A stretch of 64,000 bases of DNA, taken from assembly GCA_951406725.2 (NCBI GenBank), contig OX597834.1:37820001-37884000 (forward strand), in the 5' to 3' direction. Source of the stretch: Octopus vulgaris. Taxonomy: Eukaryota. Position 1 is the stretch's first letter. The number at the start of each line of letters is the position of its first letter. The notes under the pieces are model-generated. The model did not search any database. It was not told the origin of the DNA and saw only the letters and a list, made by a program, of their open reading frames with translations. Both the position numbers and the translations under genes were made by a program. Below are positions 53,874-64,000 of the stretch, piece by piece.

Positions 53874-54240
53874 AACAAGAGCACTCAGAGAGCGCAAACC
53901 TCCGCCAAGGCAACACCCACGTCCTCTCAACGATTAGCCAGAGATGATTTTTAAAATGAGAATGTCTGAAATAAACTCGACTGCTCTTACAAACGAGAAT
54001 ATTAAAAATGAACCCGACCGCTCTCAAAAATTAAGTAAAAAAAAAAAAAGGAAAAATAATCCAGAATCCTTGTTCAGTACCGGATCGATCCCAAAATCTA
54101 ATCAGTTCGTGCCAGTCACAAGGCCAAACATCCCTGAAAGTTTCATCCAAATTCATTTAGTGGTTCTTGAGATATCTTGTCCACGGACAAGTAAACACGA
54201 CTGAAAACAATACCTCTACCTTTGCTAAGACGGAGGTAAT
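53874..54240 (-). mobile_element. Helentron-associated interspersed element (HINE/DINE-1-like)
   Basis: Terminus AACAAGAGCACTCAGAGAGCGC (hairpin) followed by ACCTCCGCC, with the inverted CGGAGGTAAT at the other end. Internal aagtttcatccaaattc..gttcttgagatatc is typical of HINEs. Confidence 0.75.
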
Positions 54241-55421
54241 AAATTATGATATTAATAATATTCTTCTTATTACACTTTCTTAAGTGTGCTGTAACTGAAC
54301 TGCTATCAATTTCCCTAAGATCAACGGCGATATGACATTCTGAATAGAATTGTTCTGTGTACTTAATAACCAAGCGTATTCTAAAGAATCCAAATTTCAA
54401 AACCTGAAATAAATAAATATTAAAAAAAAAACTACTCTTTTACAATTTATTAATAACTTAGACTATCGTATTTCAGTTTTTCCTATATTTTTGCTAAATT
54501 TTATTACTTTTTTCTTTCAATTTTCGTATAAAACATATCCTACTTCACCGAACGGATATCAAAGTAACTCGAAATACATAAAAAATGTTGAGAAAAATAA
54601 AGTATATTTTGATTTGTACAATTTATAGTCTTTATATTTTTAAATTCATTTTATTCCTGATTTTAGTCATTGGATTGCGGCCATGCTGTTGTCCCCTCAT
54701 TCAAAAGTTTTCGTCTCTTCAATTGATCTCAGTTCATAGTCTGATATTAATTTCATCGATATCAGTTTATCGATTGGCGAATCAGACATAATTCGTTTGC
54801 ATAAATAGGGCAAAAAGTATTTTGTTCGATTTAACGGCAATCATAAGTCAATACATACATATATACAGAAATGCAAACAAACATACGTATGTGTGTGTAT
54901 ATGTAAGCACGTGTGTATGATCCATGCATGTATGTGTGCATGTATGTAAGTGTGCATGCATGTATATATGTATGTATGTATGTATGTATATATGTATGTA
55001 TGTATATGTGTATGTATGTATGTATGTATGTATGTATGTATGTATGTATGTATGTATGTATGTATGTGTGCGTCCATGCATGTATGTGTGCAAGTATGTA
55101 AGTATGCATTCATGAATGTATGTATGTAAGTATGCATATATGTGTGTATGTATACGTTTGTATGCGTACATTATAGAATTCATCAACAGATAGAGACGCA
55201 GGCATGGTTGTGAGGTGAGAACCTTGCTTCCCAACCACATGGTTCCGAGTTCAATCCCTCTGCGTGTAGAGAAATTCCGATAGTTCTCATCCCCACCCCA
55301 CTACCACCACCACCACCACCACTACCACCACACACATCGGGAATCTGACCTGCGACAACAATAAAAACGACGATGACAACAACAACTAAAATATTAGGAA
55401 GTTGAACAAAATACAATAATA

Positions 55422-55789
55422 GGCGCAGCAATGGTTGTGTGGTAAGTAGCTTGCTTTCCAACCACATGGTTCTGAGTTCAGTCCCACTGCGTGGCACCTT
55501 GGGCAAGTGTCTTCTGCTATAGCCTCGGCTCGACCGAAATCTTGAGTGGATTTCATAAACGGAAACTGAAAGAAGCCCGTCGTGTATATGTGTGCACGTG
55601 AATGTTTGTCTCCCAGCAGCGCTTGACAACCGGTGCTTGTATGTTTACGTTTCCGTAACATAGCGGTTCGGTGAATACAGATCGAGAAAAAATGTATCTG
55701 GGGTCGATTCGATCGACTAAAATTCCTTAAGGCGGTGCCTTTAGCATAATCGCAGTCTAATGACGGAAACAAGTGAAGAAAAAAGAAAA
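55422..55789 (+). mobile_element. SINE family A, full-length (with a head-only copy at about 55196-55265)
   Basis: Colinear with 30263-30662. Confidence 0.9.
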
Positions 55790-56161
55790 GGTAGGTGAGA
55801 TCATAGAATAAAATGAAGGAATTCGTTTGAGGAAATGTACTTGTCAACGCTGTCAGTTTTGAGAATCAGATACGCCATAACTGCTAATACATCCCAAATG
55901 TTTTAGCTGATGACATCGAGCGGTGCCTCCGCACTCAAAGAAATACATATATTCCACTTTAGAATTATGCTTGTTCCAGTTTTTCATGTCTATTTGTTTT
56001 CTTAAAAGAAAAAAAAAAGAAAATCAGAAAAATTTATATGTATTCCACACTGGGTGTCGTCTTCCATGAATTCTAAGAGTTTCGAAGTTTACTATGCAAG
56101 GAAGACAATCATTTATTAGTAATTGCATCGTTGGTGAGATTCTTGTCCATCTACGTGAAGG

Positions 56162-56545
56162 TTAGTTAGTTAGTTAGTTAGTTAATTTGGCTCAAAAGCA
56201 AATAGCAAGGCCATGTAGGGGGACATGGAGTTAAGTACAGGGTGGAGTTCATGTAAAGAGTTCAGGCCACTTGAGGTCAAGGGAGGCTTTGAACAAAGCG
56301 GTCGTCGGCATCTTCACCATCTCGTCTGGCAGCTTGTTCCACGGATCTGCAACCCGGACGGAGAAAGCTCCTCTCCTTCGATTGAGATGAAATCGTCGCA
56401 GGTAGAGCTTTTCGGAATGACCCCGCAGCCGACGCTCTGGAGCAGGAGTGAAGAACAGCTCTTTCGAGAGGTTACACTTTCCGCTTATGATGTTGTGGGC
56501 GAGAATGAGATCACCACGGCGGCGGCGTTTTTCAAGAGAATAAAG
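56162..56545 (-). mobile_element. 5'-truncated CR1-clade LINE: ORF2 C-terminus, short 3' UTR and (CTAA)n tail
   Basis: Uninterrupted LYSLEKRRRRGDLI..LRGHSEKL..FSVRVADPWNKLPDEMV..FKASLDLKWPELFT* (stop at 56249-56251). (TTAG)n at 56162-56184. Confidence 0.92.
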
Positions 56546-57171
56546 GTGTCAGGGATCTCCAGATGCTGATCCTCCAACAGGACTTGTTTCCCCCTAAACC
56601 TTCCTGATAATCATCAAAATGTACAGTGGCGATGTGTGGCGATTACCGTGCTGTATGGAGTGGGTTACCCGATATATCAACAACATGCAACGAAGCAGGA
56701 TGTGTTTTCTGCGTCAGGACCAACAATGCGACTGCAGAGGGGACCGTTGTTGTCATAGAGTGTGCTAGGAAAGTGGAATGTTATCGCTTGTGTTCTTGTT
56801 GGTGGCGGATTTCATTATGTGGGAGTCCATCGAGAATCCAGCATTCAACATCAAATAGAGGAAGGAAAGACTCACAGACTCACAGACTCTCACACACGAT
56901 CGGGAAATCATTGTCAATGCAAGACATGGCCACCAGTCTGAACAAAAGGGAAAATGGCTAATAGGGTCACTTGCACTTCAATAATGCCAAACATGTACAC
57001 ACAAGCACACGCGCACACACATACAATACACACATACATAAATACATATATAAACACATACATATATAAATACCTACCTACCTACATGCATACATACATA
57101 AATAAGTATATACATATATACTGTATGTATTTATTTGTGTGTGCGTATATATATATATATATATATATATG

Positions 57172-57211
<40 letters not shown>

Positions 57212-57281
57212 CACATTCACATATACATACGTACATATATATTTATGTATGTATATGTGCACGTATGTGTGTGTACCTATC

Positions 57282-57326
<45 letters not shown>

Positions 57327-58184
57327 TCGCATAAATATACATGTGTATATATTGTAGTATATAGACTGTTAATGTGATATTAGAGTTGAGATGTGTCAAG
57401 TGTTGTGTATTTACAAGTTGTAAACAATGAAAGGAGACTTGCTAGAGTTCACTGATGCTAAATTTCCAGTGATTTAATTTAGTCGTTTAATCTTGTTCGA
57501 AAATAGTTGTGGCGTACTGAAGAGCGTTTCTCAATATACGTCTAGATTTACAGTGTGTATATAATTGTGTGCAACGTGGTGTACGGTAGATGTAGAGTAA
57601 ATGTAATTGGGGGCGAGAATGTCGTGAGGAAATATGATGTGGAGACGGTGACGAGACGGGGGGGTTGTGCGTGGGTAAAGGATGGGAAAAGGCAAGTCTA
57701 AAGGTGGATAGGAGTCTGTGTTTGACTAGAGGGAAGAGACCACAGACAGTGTTGAGGGAGGAGAGCCGCAATCAAAAGAAAAATTATAGTGTACTTATTA
57801 TGTATAAGTGTATGCGTGTGTCAGTGTGTCCGTGTCTGTGTTTGTGAGTGCGTATGGAAGTGTGTATGTGCTAAGCATGTGTGTGCGTGTTTGTGTGTGT
57901 GTATGTGTGAGTGTGTGGGGGAGGGTTAGCTGGTCGAAACTTCGAAGTCACTATCAATAATATTCTTGTTTAAGAATAATAAATTTGTGCTCTAGGAAAG
58001 TACAGGACAACCCATCACATTAATATATAAATTGTGTTTATTATGACAGAACATGTAGCCATATATTCAATTGAAAGACTTATTTACCAGAGATTATCGT
58101 TGTGATTAGGTGATAAAATCTCCCTCTAGGGATATTTTAGATCTCCAAGAAGCAATTAAGGAAGATAGTTACTAGAAAATCGTT

Positions 58185-58390
58185 TCCAGTATATGCACAA
58201 GGCGTGAAATTTGGGGGGGAAAGGGTTCAGTCAGTTACATCGACTCCGGTGTTGAACAGATACTTATTTCATCGACCCCCGAATGGATGAAAGGTAGAAT
58301 CGACCTCGGTAGTATTTGAACTCGGAACGTAAAGACGGACGAAATACCGCTAAACATTTTGTCCAGCGTGCTAACAATTCTGTCTGCTCT
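58185..58390 (-). mobile_element. SINE family B, single unit
   Basis: gcacaaggc..gaaattt..ggatgaaagg..tcgacctcgg..atttgaactc..gacgaaataccgcta. Confidence 0.8.
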
Positions 58391-58623
58391 ATAATAACAT
58401 AGGCCAATCAATATGTTTTCATTTCGGTTCAGAATGTAAAAAGCTAATCAATATCGAAGGTGGTCTCTGTAAAGCCAACAGTGGTGGAAGGCATGGACAT
58501 GGTTCAGTCTTGTTGAAACTCATCAGTGAAACATATCCAACTCAATTCATTTGACTTTGAATTTATCAGTATATATATAAATACACAAACATACACACAT
58601 ACATATGTATGTATGTATGTATG

Positions 58624-58701
<78 letters not shown>

Positions 58702-58858
58702 TGCGTGTGTGTGTGAGTGGTTGAAAAAATGGGTTTTCGGGGATAATTTAATTTTGATAAGCTTTATCATTAAAATAAAAATTATCCAAAAACAGCCATC
58801 TCTTCTCATGTTTTCAAATATATACAACTGTACCCCAGGAACTTCTTTATCTTATTCG

Positions 58859-59000
<142 letters not shown>

Positions 59001-59552
59001 TTCTCCGATGGAGAATCTTTTGTTGAATAGACGCACCTACATTTGTAAGTCCATCGACGGATGAAACAAGACACCAATGCAACCACTTACTTACAAACAC
59101 CCACAACTCTCTCAACTGGTAAAGTCTTGTCGTAGCGAAGGGCTTGAACGTTCTTCAGAAGAACTTAAATAGAACTCCCAGAAAAAAACACAGGCCCACA
59201 TAGGAATAAGACAATTTCCCAGACAGATTCGAAGAAGATCTTGATAAGGTTGCCAAGGACTCTGACAGAGAAAACTAATAACCGATTGATTGTTCAATGA
59301 ACACATTAAACAAAACATTCGATAGTTAGCTGGTAAAAATATAAAGAAGTGGTACTGAACCAGTGCGTGTGCTTTAACGTTTATTCGCATAATGACCCTC
59401 CCTTCACACAACGAAATCTGCTTGCAAAGTATTTTTTTATACATCCATTTAGTTATTCGTTCAATAATTTCATTCTTCTTTCCTTCGCTTGTATTCTTCT
59501 AGTAATATTTCATGCGTTTCTTTTTTAATTCTTTCAAAATGAAAATCATCAA

Positions 59553-59672
<120 letters not shown>

Positions 59673-60001
59673 TAATAGTAGTGGTGGTATAACCTTCGTT
59701 TTTTTACCCTCTATCGTAATTATACACAAGCGCACATGCATATATACACGCATAAACATAAACGCACATACAAATATAAATATAAATACGAATGCGTATG
59801 CATGCATGAATGGATTCAACACATACGTACTAAATTATATACTCACACACATACATACATGCATACATATGAACAAATAAATAAATAAATAAATATATAC
59901 ATCACGTGATTATCGGATGTTGTTACACATCGCTGATCACGATGCGCTAGGAATCATTTTAACTTTCTCATGATGCCATCAGACTGCCTAGGCCCGCTAG
60001 C

Positions 60002-60082
<81 letters not shown>

Positions 60083-60287
60083 TTACATACATACATACAT
60101 ATACATATATATATGTATATATATATATATATATGCGGGATTGCATACATATATACATACATACAATACATATATTACATATATACACACACATACATAA
60201 TACAATACATATATTACATACACATACATACATATATACATACATACACACACACACATACATACATACATACATACTCACATACAT

Positions 60288-60320
<33 letters not shown>

Positions 60321-61000
60321 TACATACATACACACATACATACATACATACATACATGCATACACACACACATACATACATACATACATACACACACACA
60401 TACATACATACATACATACACACATACATACATACATACATACATACATACATACATACATACATACATACATACGTACATACATACATACATATCCATA
60501 TCTAGATATCTTCTTCTACGCTCTCCATCCTCCCTTCTGGTTATTTCGTTCCTCCATTTTCCCAATTCCATTCCAATTTTCAGTGAAACTCACCCCTTCC
60601 CTACCCCATCCCTAATATTTCCTTCCAATTACATCTTAATTCCTTTTTCCTCACGTTTGTTGCAATCTCTCTCTTTCTCTCTCTCTCTCCCTCTCTCTTT
60701 ATCTCTCTCCTTTTATCTCTCTCTCCTTCAATCTCTTTCTTTTCACGTTTCCTTTCTCTCTGTATCTGTCAGTCTGTCTGTCTGTCTCTCTCTCTTCCTC
60801 ACATCCCACTCTCTCTCCGTCTTTCCCTCTCTCTCTCTCTCTCTCTCCCGACTCTTTCTTCCTCTCCCTCTCTCTCTCCATCTCTCTCCCTCTTTTTTCA
60901 TCTCTCTTCCTCTTCCCTGTCTCTCTCTTCCTCACATCCCACTCTCTCTCCCCCATCTCCTTCCCCTTTTTTTGCCTCTCTGCCTCTCTTTCTCTCTCCC

Positions 61001-61039
<39 letters not shown>

Positions 61040-61656
61040 TGTTTCTCTCTTTCACTCTACCTCGCTTCATTCACCCAAATAAAATGTCTACCATACAGTT
61101 TTATGTTTAACGTCTATCATCAATTACTCCCCCTTCCTACAATCCTACAAACACAAACACACACACACGCATAAACACATACACGCACAAACAAACACTC
61201 ACACACACATACGCACTCAGACAGACACACATACACACTCCCTCTCACACACACAGACATATTTACATACAGAAATATATATACACATATACACACACTC
61301 ACACACACACACACATGTACAACAATACACACAAGCACACACACATATGAATATACACAACCAGAAATACCTCCACGCTTACACATACACTCACACACAC
61401 TCACACACACTCACACACACACACACGCACACACATACACAGAAACGCATACACACATGCACACACATAACCATAGCCAGGCATACATACACACATCCAT
61501 ATTTTTTTAATATTTTTATATTTGTTTCTTATTTTTTATGTTCATATATTTATTCATTTATTTATTCTGTTTTTTTCTTATTTTATTTTTTAACTTTATT
61601 GATTTCTTTATTTCTTATTTGCTCTTCTTCTTCTTTTTCTTCTTCTTCTTCTTCTG

Positions 61657-61838
<182 letters not shown>

Positions 61839-61977
61839 TTCTATAAAACTTTATTCCAATGTATTTTATTCAGCATTTTTCGGTTTTGAAACAACCTCAA
61901 TAAAACTAATAAACATCACAAACAAATAAAATTTTCTCCCTTCACCACGAAAATTGATTCAACGCTATTTTTAGAGC

Positions 61978-61998
61978 AGTGATGATGAGGATGATGGC

Positions 61999-62036
<38 letters not shown>

Positions 62037-62069
62037 CGACGATGATGATGATAATGATGAGGACGTTGG

Positions 62070-62105
<36 letters not shown>

Positions 62106-62165
62106 CGATGATGACGACGACGATGTTGGTGATGATGACGACTATGACGATGTTGGTGATGATGT

Positions 62166-62198
<33 letters not shown>

Positions 62199-62735
62199 CG
62201 ACGATGATGACGACGACGATGATGATGATGACAATGACGATGATGACGATGTTGGTGATGATGATGAGGAGGAGGAGGAAGAGGAGGAGGAGGAGGAGGA
62301 GGAAGATGCTGGTGATGATGATGATGATAATAAAGAGGAGGAAGAGGAGGAGGAGGATGAAGACGACGATGACAATGGCGACGATAATGGTGGTGGTGGT
62401 GGTGGTGGTGGTGGTGGTACTGTTGATGTGATGAAGATGATGATAACGACGATGAATGGATATGTGGTGACATTGATGCTGGTGCTGGCGCGTATGATGA
62501 TGATGATGCCGATGATGTTGATGATGATCATGAGGAGGAGGAGGAGGGGGAGGACAAGGATGGTGATGATGACAATGATGGTGGTCGTGGTGGCGGCCAT
62601 GGTGGTGCTAGTTCTGATAGTGATTAAGATGATGACGACGATGACGACAACGACGATGATAACGTGTTGGTGATTGTAATGGCGGCAACAGTAGTGATAG
62701 TGGTCATAATGGTGATGGTGGTGGTGGTGATGTTT
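61978..62735 (+). repeat. Degenerate (GAT)/(GAC)/(GAG)/(GGT) trinucleotide tract
   Basis: About 750 bp of triplet repeats. It produces the poly-H, poly-M and poly-S ORFs in the track. Confidence 0.9.
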
Positions 62736-62983
62736 GCCATTCTGATTGTTGTCATTGTTGATATTTTATCTGTTATACTGACTGAGTTTTATTTGCTGCT
62801 TCCATTGCCGTTGTTGTTGGTGTTGGTGGTGGTGTTGTTACAAATTGTTGAAGTTGTTTTTTTTTGTCGTTGTTGTTATAATTATTATTGTTACAATAAT
62901 TGTTATGGCTGTTTTATTAGTTCTTTGTATGTCATTATTTATTTATTTATTTATCATTATTATTATTATCATTGTTGTTATTA

Positions 62984-63030
<47 letters not shown>

Positions 63031-63742
63031 CATTATTGTCATTATTATTATCATCATCATTATTATTATCATCATCATTATTATTATTATCATTATCATT
63101 ATTACTATTATTGTTATTATTGTTATTATTATTATTATGATGATGATGATGATTATTATTATTATTGCAGTCCAGTCTGTGCAGTTATTGTTTAGCTCCA
63201 ATTCAACCATCACAGAACTGACCTACGACTGATGATGTTTTAGCCATGACCATCCCTCCAATTCTTTCACAGACATAATATATAAATGATTACATTATCC
63301 AAATATGACTTCCATTATTTAAGACATTTAGCCCTGATCCGAGGGTGATCTGGTTCTTTTTTCTAGCAGGTCATATAACCACATAATGGGGCTTCTTACT
63401 TTTGCAGTCGATGTTGTTTTTATTGTAGTTGCAACTGATATTTTAAGTATACAAGGAATTGGGTGTTGAAAAATTCCTGGTTTTGGGTAAAAGAAAATAC
63501 AGGCGGATCAGTTAATTATGGTTTTATTCAAATCAAGATTTGGCTGACGCTAACCAAGGAATCATGAAGTGGCACCTAATGTTGACTCTTTGAATGTTAA
63601 TTTTCTTTTGAAAATGTTTAATTCGCGTATATTCACATCAGAATAATTTTTTTTGCATGATGTAATAACTATTCATCAAGAAAAAATAACTCGTTTGAAA
63701 CAGCTGTAGTGAATGAACCAATATCCAACTTTGCTATTTGTT

Positions 63743-63800
<58 letters not shown>

Positions 63801-63802
<2 letters not shown>

Positions 63803-63993
63803 AGGGGGTGAAAGGAAATATAAGAGAATCGGTTAATTATGATTTTATTCAATATATTCCCTTTCAGATTCACATACTTATTTCAATGGTCCTTCAGTTT
63901 TTCTAAGCCCTGTAAAAGAACTCGCAAGATTGGGCCTTCATCCAGACCTTTCGTGACACCCTTAAAGCCAGGAACTTTTCAACACCCAATTGG
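63801..63993 (-). mobile_element. Mariner-derived MITE (plus a second left-end fragment at 63452-63532)
   Basis: The right end aaagccaggaacttttcaacacccaatt is the inverse of aattgggtgttgaaaaattcctggtttt at 63457. Internal minus-strand QGLEKLKDH*NKYVNLKG resembles the mariner C-terminus G..KL..RW.KC....G. Confidence 0.75.
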
Positions 63994-64000
63994 TAGTTTC

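Noticed and set aside
56162-56184. (TTAG)n as a telomeric repeat
   Set aside because: It is the 3' tail of the CR1 element and is not TTAGGG.
56590-56961. Cys-rich 111-aa plus-strand ORF
   Set aside because: No credible start or splice context. Scattered KMY..VLYG..MCFLR pieces in mixed frames suggest a heavily decayed RTE LINE, too weak to call.

Overview
AT-rich eukaryotic genomic DNA saturated with microsatellites ((TA)n, (CA)n, (GATA)n, (TACA)n, (TAA)n, (GAA)n, (CAT)n). The tRNA-derived SINE families and repeat density fit a coleoid cephalopod, most likely Octopus; this is recognition from memory, not a database result. Nearly all ORFs in the supplied track are translated simple repeats. 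One host gene is supportable, on the minus strand: three phase-compatible coding exons (24477-24510, 12524-13206, 12146-12195) encoding a signal peptide followed by a Ser/Thr-rich mucin-like region. Its 3' end is unresolved. The rest is mostly transposon remains: at least four SINE families, a full-length but dead Tc1-type element with DD36E spacing, mariner fragments and a MITE, Helentron-type non-autonomous elements, and fragments of R4/Dong, CR1, RTE and Penelope-like retroelements. The most unusual signal is a dispersed set of minimal hammerhead-ribozyme-like motifs of the kind associated with Penelope-like elements. One has a G3/C8 swapped catalytic core inside a 119-bp inverted repeat. 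Another has a helix II insert of about 130 nt. No CRISPR array, rRNA or bona fide tRNA gene was seen.
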